A stretch of 64,000 bases of DNA. It comes from Candidatus Margulisiibacteriota bacterium. Lineage in GTDB: Bacteria; Margulisbacteria; Termititenacia; CAZZFK01. Each line of letters opens with the position of its first letter. The stretch's first letter is position 1. This document shows, in pieces, positions 55,470 through 62,810 of the stretch. The position numbers and the translations under genes are program-made. The notes under the pieces are model-generated. The model searched no databases and was not told the origin of the DNA. It saw only the letters and a program-made list of their open reading frames with translations. The stretch lies in the NCBI GenBank assembly GCA_042562495.1, contig JBHPMC010000002.1, forward strand, positions 12,425 through 76,424, given 5' to 3'.

Positions 55470-57227
55470 ATGATCCCTGCGGAGACAATAGAAGAGATCA
55501 AAGGTAGGTTGGATATCTTAAATGTTATCTCTTCCTATGTTCCGCTGAAAAAGAAAGGGCGCAATTATCTGGGCTTGTGTCCCTTCCACCAGGAGAAGAC
55601 GCCGTCATTTACGGTGAGCCCAGAGAAAGATCTTTGGCATTGTTTTGGTTGCGGAGCCGGCGGGAATGCGTTCTCTTTTGTGATGAAGCTCGAGAACCTT
55701 TCTTTTGTGGAGACCTTAAAACTTCTGGGCGAACAAGTAGGAGTTGTGGTCCAGGATGAGATGACCGGTTCTTATAATAATAAAAAAGAAAAAAAAGATA
55801 TTTTGTATGCGCTGGTTCTCAAGGCTAGTGAGTTCTTTCAAACTCAGTTGCGTGGAGAGCAGGGGCAGATCGCCCGGGAATACCTAGCGGCCCGGGGAGT
55901 GGATGAAGCCATGCTCGAGAAATTTAAGCTAGGGTATGTCCCCGCAGAGTGGGATAGATTATTGAAACAGCTGACACAAGCAGGGTATGGTCCGGAGCTC
56001 TTGGAGCAGGCGGGTTTGATAGTAAAACGTGAAGCTAGTCCTGACGCTGGAAGCGGAAGGAATGGCAGTGGTCATTACGATCGTTTTCGCGGCCGCTTGA
56101 TCTTTACAGTGACGGACAGCAGAGAACGCCCGATAGCGTTCGGCGGGAGGATCTTAACCGGAGGCGATAATGAGCCTAAATATTTAAACTCCCCGGAAAC
56201 AGCTATCTTTAATAAGGGCAAATTATTGTATGCTCTGCCGCAGGCTCAAAAAGCCATGAGAGAGCAGGGGATAGTGATCCTGACCGAAGGTTATATGGAT
56301 ACACTGACCTGTCATCAATTTGGTTTTGAGAACGCGGTGGCGACCTTGGGAACGGCTTTGACGACGGACCAAGCGAAGTTGCTGGCACGCTATGTAAAGA
56401 CAGTGATCTTAGCTTATGATGCCGATCAAGCCGGGCAAATGGCTACGGAGCGCGGAATAGATATCTTAAGAGAAGCCAACTTAAATGTAAAAGTGGCTTA
56501 TTTAAAAGGGAAGGATCCCGATGATATGCTCCGCAACGAAGGCCGAGATGCTTTTGCTAAGGCACTGAAAGACGCGGTCCCGTATTTACGATATTTGTTG
56601 GACCGAAATTTTAAGAATTACGAGATCAGTGCACCGGAAGGCAAGAATCAAGCAGCTCAGGCCGCGATCAAGATCCTGGGGACAGTAAGCCAGGATGTGC
56701 TGCGTAGTGAATATATACGATATGTGTCGGAAGTTTTAAAAATTAAAGAAGAGCTTTTGGTGGCAGCACTGAACCAGGGCCGGTATTATAATAAGCGACA
56801 AGCGCCGAAGATAATTACCCCTTGGGTGCGGACATCTTCAAAGCAAGCCAAGGCTGGGGAGACCTTGCTCAAGGCTTGTTTAGAGAGTCCGGAGATGTGC
56901 AGCAAGATTTTAGCCGAGCTTAAGGTGGAAGATCTGCAGGATAGCAAGGCGCAGGCCTTGTGGCAGGAGATCCAAGCCAACCAAGAGCAAGCCGGCTATG
57001 ATTGGCTGGAAAGCGTACCAGGGGATGTGCAGAAATTAGCACGTCGTTTATTACTGCAAGATGAGCCCTGGCACGATAAAATAATCGATGATTGTTTAAA
57101 GGTCATCAAAGAGGCGCGCAGTGATGAAAAGAAAGATGTACTGCGGCAAGAATTAAAAAATGCGGAGGCCAAGGGAGATGAGGCGAAAGCCCGAGAGGTT
57201 CTGGAAGCCCTGCAAAAAAGTATATAG
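55470..57227 (+). CDS. dnaG: DNA primase
   Basis: 585 aa. Zinc-finger CPFHQEKTPSFTVSPEKDLWHCFGCGAGG and TOPRIM EGYMD...AYDADQAG. Confidence 0.92.
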   Translation: MIPAETIEEIKGRLDILNVISSYVPLKKKGRNYLGLCPFHQEKTPSFTVSPEKDLWHCFGCGAGGNAFSFVMKLENLSFVETLKLLGEQVGVVVQDEMTGSYNNKKEKKDILYALVLKASEFFQTQLRGEQGQIAREYLAARGVDEAMLEKFKLGYVPAEWDRLLKQLTQAGYGPELLEQAGLIVKREASPDAGSGRNGSGHYDRFRGRLIFTVTDSRERPIAFGGRILTGGDNEPKYLNSPETAIFNKGKLLYALPQAQKAMREQGIVILTEGYMDTLTCHQFGFENAVATLGTALTTDQAKLLARYVKTVILAYDADQAGQMATERGIDILREANLNVKVAYLKGKDPDDMLRNEGRDAFAKALKDAVPYLRYLLDRNFKNYEISAPEGKNQAAQAAIKILGTVSQDVLRSEYIRYVSEVLKIKEELLVAALNQGRYYNKRQAPKIITPWVRTSSKQAKAGETLLKACLESPEMCSKILAELKVEDLQDSKAQALWQEIQANQEQAGYDWLESVPGDVQKLARRLLLQDEPWHDKIIDDCLKVIKEARSDEKKDVLRQELKNAEAKGDEAKAREVLEALQKSI

Positions 57228-57236
57228 AGGGGAAAC

Positions 57237-58412
57237 ATGAGGAAAAATAAACAAATAATTAAGAATAAGAATAAGCCGGGTAAAGCATCCGCTAAGCCAA
57301 AGGTTATTACCCAAGGGCAGAAACAATATTCTGCGCAGGTGGTCGATGCGATCTATGAGCAGAAACGTACGGTATTAGAGAAGCAGGCCACAAAGCGCGG
57401 CTTTTTAACGCCGGAAGATGTCCTAAAAGTATTTCCTGATCCCGAACAGGCGATGAACGCTACCGAAGATATCATGGGTATGGGCATAGAGGTCTTGAAA
57501 GAAGATGCTACTATCGCTCTTACCAAAAAAGATGAGCGGCGCAAAGGCAAGCGGGCTCGGGTAATGAAGGATAAGCTGGATGTCGGAGTAGATGATGCTG
57601 TCCGCATGTATCTGCGCGAGATCGGCGAGATCGATCTATTAAGCTTCGATGAAGAGCAATCTTTGGCCAAACGCATCCGCGACGGCGATAAATCCGCCAA
57701 GCATGCTCTGGTCAATTCCAATTTACGCTTGGTCGTAAGTATCGCCAAGAAATATACCGGACGCGGAATGTTATTTCTGGATCTTATCCAGGAAGGCAAC
57801 CTAGGTTTGATCCGGGCTGCGGAAAAATTCGATCATACTAAAGGCTATAAATTCTCAACCTATGCCACCTGGTGGATCCGTCAGGCGATCACGCGCGCGA
57901 TCGCTGATCAGGCTCGTACGATCCGTATCCCGGTGCACATGGTGGAGACGATCAACAAGCTGCGGAAAGTCTCCCGCAATCTGCTGCAGAAGATGGGCCG
58001 CAAACCTACCGAAGAAGAGATCTCGGATAAATCCGATATTCCTTTGGATAAGGTGCGCGAGATCATCAAAGTCGCACAGGTGCCTCTATCATTAGAGATG
58101 CCGGTCGGCGATGAAGATTCCAGCCGTCTGGGTGATTTTGTGGAAGACCGCACTGTTGATATCCCCGATGATCAGGTCGTTCGCGATCTGCTTCGTGAAG
58201 ATCTGGATCGGGTCATGGGCACACTTACCGAGCGAGAGAATATGGTCCTTCGCCTGCGTTTCGGATTGGATGACGGCCGTCCTCGAACACTTGAGGAAGT
58301 AGGCCGGGTCTATGAAGTTACTCGTGAGCGAATTAGACAAATAGAGGCCAAGGCTTTGCGCAAGCTTCGACATCCTACACGGAACAAGAAGCTGAGGGAG
58401 TATCTGAACTAA
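57237..58412 (+). CDS. rpoD: Primary RNA polymerase sigma factor
   Basis: 391 aa. Regions 1.2 to 4.2 including [38 protein letters not shown] and [28 protein letters not shown]. Confidence 0.92.
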   Translation: MRKNKQIIKNKNKPGKASAKPKVITQGQKQYSAQVVDAIYEQKRTVLEKQATKRGFLTPEDVLKVFPDPEQAMNATEDIMGMGIEVLKEDATIALTKKDERRKGKRARVMKDKLDVGVDDAVRMYLREIGEIDLLSFDEEQSLAKRIRDGDKSAKHALVNSNLRLVVSIAKKYTGRGMLFLDLIQEGNLGLIRAAEKFDHTKGYKFSTYATWWIRQAITRAIADQARTIRIPVHMVETINKLRKVSRNLLQKMGRKPTEEEISDKSDIPLDKVREIIKVAQVPLSLEMPVGDEDSSRLGDFVEDRTVDIPDDQVVRDLLREDLDRVMGTLTERENMVLRLRFGLDDGRPRTLEEVGRVYEVTRERIRQIEAKALRKLRHPTRNKKLREYLN

Positions 58413-58449
58413 GCAAAGCATACGCTGGACCTACAAAGAATAAATTGAA

Positions 58450-58479
58450 GGACCCTGCTAAAGCAGGGTCCTTTTTTTT
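58450..58479 (+). terminator. Rho-independent terminator after rpoD
   Basis: GGACCCTGC-taaa-GCAGGGTCC followed by T8. The T-run merges into the upstream half of the next promoter motif. Confidence 0.8.
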
Positions 58480-58505
58480 GAAATAATTGATATGAACTTA
58501 CGATA
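58479..58505 (+). promoter_or_regulatory. Sigma-28-like promoter motif upstream of the second sigma gene
   Basis: tTGAAAT aattgatatgaa CTTACGATA, 16 nt upstream of ATG 58522. Confidence 0.6.
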
Positions 58506-58521
58506 GCCATCAGGTGTATTA

Positions 58522-59415
58522 ATGCAAAAAAAGATCATAGCTCTTGAAAAGATACAGGTGCGCTCACGTGCGAAAAAAGTACGTTCGCATGGTCTATCTT
58601 TGGTCCAACAATATGTCAGTGATCTGGAGCCGCTTGATATTCTGACACCTGCGGAAGAAAGAGAATTGGTAAAGCATTTCAAGGAAGAAAAAGACAAGCA
58701 TCAGGATCGCTTTATTCAGGGGAACTTACGCTTTGTGATCAGAATAGCTCAGCAATACTTAGGCCTGGGAGTGCCTTTGATCGATCTGGTCCAAGCCGGG
58801 AATATCGGCTTATTAACAGCATATGAAAAATTCCGCACAGATAAAAATGTCCGTTTCTTAAGCTATGCTGTATATGATGTGCGCCAAGCTATCCGCAAAA
58901 CGATCACGACCCATGCTTATGTGGTGAAGCTGCCTCATAAAAAAATAGAACTTTTTTTAAGAATTAAGAAGGCCAGGCTAGAGCTTCAGCAGGTGCTTGG
59001 CCGTGAGCCAAAGCTTTCAGAGGTCGCTTCGCATTGCCGTTTGAGTGAGAAGAAAGTACTGAGCATTATGAAATTGAACGAGAAAGCAGATTCTTTGGAT
59101 AGGAAAGCAGGTACCGAAACTGAGCAGACCCTGCTTAGTTTCATAGAAGATCCGCATGGCGAGCTATTTAAAAAGATGTTGGAACGTGAGAAGTTCTTCA
59201 GTGAATTAGACAAGGTCTTGGCAGATGTACTAACTATCCGTGAAAGCCAAGTCATCAAGTTGCATAACGCGATCGGTATCGAAAAGAAATGGACCTTAAG
59301 GGAGCTGGGAGCTTTATTCCATCTTTCACCAGAAGCTATACGCCTGATCGAGATAAGGGCTAAAAAGAAATTAAAAAGAGATCGCAGGTTCAAGTTGTTA
59401 AAAGATTATCTATAA
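58522..59415 (+). CDS. Alternative sigma-70-family factor (group-3-like; candidate sigma-28/FliA-type)
   Basis: 297 aa with regions 2 to 4 only. NLRFVIRIAQQY, DLVQAGNIGLLTAYEKF, YAVYDVRQAI and C-terminal HTH LRELGALFHLSPEAIRLIEIRAKKKL. The subgroup assignment is inference. Confidence 0.8.
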   Translation: MQKKIIALEKIQVRSRAKKVRSHGLSLVQQYVSDLEPLDILTPAEERELVKHFKEEKDKHQDRFIQGNLRFVIRIAQQYLGLGVPLIDLVQAGNIGLLTAYEKFRTDKNVRFLSYAVYDVRQAIRKTITTHAYVVKLPHKKIELFLRIKKARLELQQVLGREPKLSEVASHCRLSEKKVLSIMKLNEKADSLDRKAGTETEQTLLSFIEDPHGELFKKMLEREKFFSELDKVLADVLTIRESQVIKLHNAIGIEKKWTLRELGALFHLSPEAIRLIEIRAKKKLKRDRRFKLLKDYL

Positions 59416-59422
59416 TAAAAAA

Positions 59423-59459
59423 CCCCGGCCAGTTCGACAAGCTCACTGTAAATCCGGGG
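59423..59459. terminator. Possible bidirectional terminator between convergent genes
   Basis: CCCCGG (59423-59428) pairs with CCGGGG (59454-59459). A-run upstream and T-rich downstream. The loop is long. Confidence 0.3.
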
Positions 59460-59486
59460 CTTTATCTTTCTATTAGACTTTTTCTT

Positions 59487-60833
59487 TTACTTCACATCCA
59501 TCTTATCGTAACGGTTCAGGTAGCCCAGCAAACTGGATACTTCCTTTGCGGCCAGAGCTTCAGAATCGGCTTGGCCGAGTTTCTTGCCATTCACATAAGC
59601 GGTCACTTCAATTGCTACACCTTCATTACCTAAGCTGTTTACCGAAAGAGCAGCAGTAACATTCTTATTAGCGATCTTTACACCGGCTACGACCATATTT
59701 GCTTGATCAGCCTTGGTGACAGTGTATCCGCGGCCGACCAGAGCATTGCGTGCATAACGATATGCTTTGTCTGTCGGGGTGGTGGTGAACATCTTGTTGT
59801 CGCTTCTGGAGATCTGGTACATGGCTAATTCATCTTTGATATCGGTAAGAGCTGAATCAGCAGCAGATTCTAAAGCTTCCTTGCTCACTCCGCCTTCACC
59901 GCTTACCACAACATCAACAGCGGACATGTTGTTCCCGGCATCGGTAACAGAGACCATGATTTTCAAGCCGTCTTTCATACTGGTTAGGGTTTTTGCTGCT
60001 GTATCTTCACTATCGATCACATAACCCAGATTATCCATGGCCATTTTGCTCCAGGCCAAAGCTTTGCTTGTTGATACATAAGCATAATTCTGCTGGATGC
60101 TCTTTTCGACCACAGGATAATTCTCAACGATGGAGATCAATTCATTTATCGCTTCACGTGATTTTTCCTCATTACCGTTGCGATCGTAATTACCTTCGAT
60201 GCTGGCGGAAAGAACGATGCTGACCTCGTTATCTTGAGGAGTAGCTTCGATCTTGACCATCATTGGTTCATTATATTCATTAGAAGGGATAGTCTCTCTG
60301 CCTTCTACGGAAGTATCCGTAGCAGAAGCAGTATAGCCTTTAGTGCCAAGTGCACTGGCTGTATAAGCAATGAATTTTTCCATATCGACCGCAGGCAGTG
60401 TGAAAGAACCTTCCTGGGTCACTGTGAACATGCCGTATTTATTCAATTCTTCGATCAAGCGATCCACGGCACGGCGAGCTACCAAGGTGCTTTGCTTTTC
60501 ATCGACATCGCCGGAGATCAAAGCTTCGATCTCGACCATGACATCATTCTCTTCAGCTCTTTCCTTTATATAAACATTTACTTTAGGATCATCTTTGATA
60601 GTAGCGAAGATCTCATTATCCTTTTCCGGAACAGATTGGATAACACCATCTTTGCGGCTTCTTTCTTTAATTATGTAGCCTTCGGTCTCTAAGGCTGAAG
60701 CGGAGAATTTATAGACCATATCTTTATCCGCATCGGTAAAGATCTTATTACCTTCCTGTTTAATTTGTACTCCACAACCTGAAATTATCAAACCGGCAAG
60801 CATCAATACTAAAAACAAAGCTATCTTTCTCAT
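59487..60833 (-). CDS. Lipoprotein with four tandem repeat modules
   Basis: 448 aa. Lipobox LIISGC. Four modules of about 100 aa each carry an A..AL...GY(T/I/V) core (SASALETEGYII, TASALGTKGYTA, KMAMDNLGYVI, ARNALVGRGYTV). Confidence 0.6.
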   Translation of the reverse strand: MRKIALFLVLMLAGLIISGCGVQIKQEGNKIFTDADKDMVYKFSASALETEGYIIKERSRKDGVIQSVPEKDNEIFATIKDDPKVNVYIKERAEENDVMVEIEALISGDVDEKQSTLVARRAVDRLIEELNKYGMFTVTQEGSFTLPAVDMEKFIAYTASALGTKGYTASATDTSVEGRETIPSNEYNEPMMVKIEATPQDNEVSIVLSASIEGNYDRNGNEEKSREAINELISIVENYPVVEKSIQQNYAYVSTSKALAWSKMAMDNLGYVIDSEDTAAKTLTSMKDGLKIMVSVTDAGNNMSAVDVVVSGEGGVSKEALESAADSALTDIKDELAMYQISRSDNKMFTTTPTDKAYRYARNALVGRGYTVTKADQANMVVAGVKIANKNVTAALSVNSLGNEGVAIEVTAYVNGKKLGQADSEALAAKEVSSLLGYLNRYDKMDVK

Positions 60834-60994
60834 ATTTTACCCCTTTTCTTTTTGTTGATTTAATCGAAAAAAGTGAAGGTATTTTATCATTTTTATGGTA
60901 TTTGTAAAAGTTGAATTATAACTTAATAAATAGTTTGAAAATAACTATAAGTTAGGGATTAGGGCGTAGGGGTAGTTGTTAGTTGTGAGTTATG

Positions 60995-61010
60995 TGGTGG
61001 GACAGGCGAC
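60995..61010 (-). repeat. Degenerate (11/16) third copy of the tRNA-Met 3'-terminal 16-mer
   Basis: TGGTGGGACAGGCGAC here versus TGGTGGGCCAGGTAGG in the tRNA. Confidence 0.35.
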
Positions 61011-61163
61011 GCGCAGCTAGTCCCGCGTAGCTTTAGCGAAGCGGGATAGGTGTTTTGACTTGAAAGATAGTAATCAGGAATATGAAGTCACCTTTGGCGG
61101 CTGGTGCCTATGGGCGGCCGGGGTTGCAATGCTCAATTTCATTTCGCATTGCTTTTATCGGCC

Positions 61164-61179
61164 TGGTGGGCCAGGTAGG
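61164..61179 (-). repeat. Exact 16/16 copy of the tRNA-Met T-stem-3'half-to-CCA segment, 113 bp downstream of the tRNA
   Basis: Plus-strand tggtgggccaggtagg occurs at 61164-61179 and at 61277-61292. The minus strand reads CCTACCTGGCCCACCA. Confidence 0.85.
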
Positions 61180-61276
61180 CAGCAATTTGGTTAATTGCTG
61201 CATTCCGGCCGCTGTGCAGAATGATATCAGCGGCCTCCAGGATCGAACTTGGCTTAAGACGGATTTTGTTGTTTGA
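61180..61276 (-). repeat. Hairpin-rich cassette between tRNA-Met and its 3'-end copy
   Basis: Perfect hairpins GCAGCAATT/AATTGCTGC (61179-61201) and GGCCGCTG/CAGCGGCC (61207-61235), plus a T-loop-like GGATCGAAC. GCTGCATT at 61197-61204 matches 43403-43410. Confidence 0.5.
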
Positions 61277-61352
61277 TGGTGGGCCAGGTAGGGATCGAAC
61301 CTACGACCAATCGGTTATGAGCCGACTGCTCTAACCACTGAGCTACTAGCCC
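61277..61352 (-). tRNA. tRNA-Met (anticodon CAT; elongator type, could be lysidine-modified tRNA-Ile2), CCA encoded
   Basis: Hand-folded as GGGCTAG TA GCTC AGTGGTTA GAGC A GTCGG CTCATAA CCGAT TGGTC GTAGG TTCGATC CCTAC CTGGCCC ACCA. G1:C72 is paired, so it is not an initiator. Confidence 0.85.
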
Positions 61353-61403
61353 AAGCAAATTCAAAATGAATTTTAAAGGAAGTTATGGGAATTGTCCAAG
61401 GGT

Positions 61404-62621
61404 CTATGACAGGAAAGGCTTACTCTTTTTCCAGAGATCCAGGAGCTCTTGACCACCGATGCCTTTAACGAGGTCTTCTGTAAGCGAATCTTTTCGCCAT
61501 TTAAGAAATTTCTGGTTCGGATTCTCTGGAGTCTCAAAGGCTATCATCCATTTACGATCTTTGATCGTGCTGATATGTACTACACCGAGCATTTCCTGAG
61601 CAAGCTCGTGAGCTATTTTATAATAAGTTCTAGCTATTTCTGATCTGGGATTGAATTTTGAGTAGATCAGTTTCAGGGCTATATGAAAATCATAATCAGC
61701 AGCATTTGGTATCCTATAGATAGGGAATTTCGAGAAATCGAAATCCAAAGGAGGTCTGTCCGGATGGCTTTTATTATATTTGGCACATAATTTTTTAGAA
61801 GTCGCACTTATGAATTGCTTGGTAACATTTTCATGATACTCTTTCTCGCTCTTTTCTTTTCCATGCATTATTTTCTTATATATTTTTTTGTAAAACTCTT
61901 CATGATACTTTTGATATACAAAGCGGATCTTAGCCTTATTAATGTTTTTACCCATAACTTCCAATAGTTTATATAGCTGGATAGCGAGGCCATCATTTGT
62001 ATCTTTATTTAGATGTGTTATAAAAAATAGTTCAGTGCCAAGATCAACGGCAGTTTTAATAAAATGGAATAATTGTTCAGAGTCGTCTCCTCCTGAAATA
62101 TCCACTATCTTCAGGGCGTAGCCTGGGATGTCTTTAATGTTCTTTATGAATTTTTCATGCGAAGTGGACTGCATATTTGATAAATAGGTAGCAAAATCAG
62201 CCAATATATCTACTGTAGAATCAATATATTTTTGATCAGGATCTTGCGCTTTTATGGAGTTTATAATTCTGCTTCTAAGTATGAGTTTTTTCATTTTTTC
62301 GGTATCTTTTAATACTCTATAAATCTTATTTTTATTAGTATCTTCTTTTATTTCTTCAATAAAAGTATAGGCGGGTTGATTTTCATCTAAATTAGTTTGA
62401 TAGTAATTTAAAAGATTATTCTGCTTATCTATATCAATGCCAAGTAATTTCCCGTTTATCTCCTTGAAGATCTCTGACAATACATAAAGGAGATTAATTA
62501 CGAATTGAGATTTACCGGTTCCGCCTTTACGGCCGAGGACAAGGATAAGCTTTTCATTATCTTTCGATATTCTGGAAGAGATTCCTGGAATTCCGCTCGA
62601 TAATATCTTAGTTGATAACAT
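61404..62621 (-). CDS. ParA/MinD-superfamily P-loop ATPase-like protein with long unknown C-terminal region
   Basis: Deviant Walker A LGRKGGTGKSQF near the N-terminus. Start placed at ATG 62621 with GGAGG 62626-62630; the track's 62660 is a TTG. The remaining 350 aa or so are unassigned. Confidence 0.55.
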   Translation of the reverse strand: MLSTKILSSGIPGISSRISKDNEKLILVLGRKGGTGKSQFVINLLYVLSEIFKEINGKLLGIDIDKQNNLLNYYQTNLDENQPAYTFIEEIKEDTNKNKIYRVLKDTEKMKKLILRSRIINSIKAQDPDQKYIDSTVDILADFATYLSNMQSTSHEKFIKNIKDIPGYALKIVDISGGDDSEQLFHFIKTAVDLGTELFFITHLNKDTNDGLAIQLYKLLEVMGKNINKAKIRFVYQKYHEEFYKKIYKKIMHGKEKSEKEYHENVTKQFISATSKKLCAKYNKSHPDRPPLDFDFSKFPIYRIPNAADYDFHIALKLIYSKFNPRSEIARTYYKIAHELAQEMLGVVHISTIKDRKWMIAFETPENPNQKFLKWRKDSLTEDLVKGIGGQELLDLWKKSKPFLS

Positions 62622-62672
62622 TTTTCCTCCAAATAAATACTTAAAAAAAGTAAACAACAATACTCAATTATT

Positions 62673-62699
62673 AATCGTAAGCAATTTTCATAAATTTCA
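62673..62699 (-). promoter_or_regulatory. Sigma-28-like promoter motif
   Basis: Minus strand reads aTGAAAT ttatgaaaattg CTTACGATT, 51 nt upstream of ATG 62621. Confidence 0.6.
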
Positions 62700-62748
62700 T
62701 TTATTTAGTAATCATTAACACCGGTTGGTCGCGGTTATTACAAGTTTA

Positions 62749-62775
62749 TGAAATTTCTGGGATAAACCTACGATA
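62749..62775 (+). promoter_or_regulatory. Sigma-28-like promoter motif
   Basis: aTGAAAT ttctgggataaa CCTACGATA, 35 nt upstream of ATG 62811. It is back-to-back with the 62673-62699 site. Confidence 0.6.
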
Positions 62776-62810
62776 TATAACTAAATGACACAGGATCAAG
62801 GGTGTAATTA

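Noticed and set aside
57353-57799. Long antisense or shadow ORFs inside well-supported genes (for example 57353-57799, 36601-37095, 10961-11419, 60234-60692, 54792-55178, 58986-59393, 32054-32413, 33076-33459)
   Set aside because: Each is fully contained in, and opposite to or out of frame with, a gene that has strong family motifs. They are typical shadow ORFs.
60862-60888. A degenerate sigma-28-like site upstream of the lipoprotein gene (GATAAA-N12-TTTTCGATT on the minus strand)
   Set aside because: It has two mismatches in the CTTACGAT core and a poor upstream half. It was not counted among the 12 sites.
60952-60975. A telomere-like or G-quadruplex-like run, TTAGGGATTAGGGCGTAGGGGTAG
   Set aside because: There are only two exact TTAGGG units and three close G-runs. 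This is probably part of the G/T-rich spacer next to the tRNA-Met repeat array and is insufficient for a functional claim.
61082-61276. ORF 61082-61276(+), 64 aa
   Set aside because: It lies entirely within the hairpin/att-like repeat array downstream of tRNA-Met. It has no RBS and an Ala/Gly-rich translation typical of GC-rich non-coding repeats.
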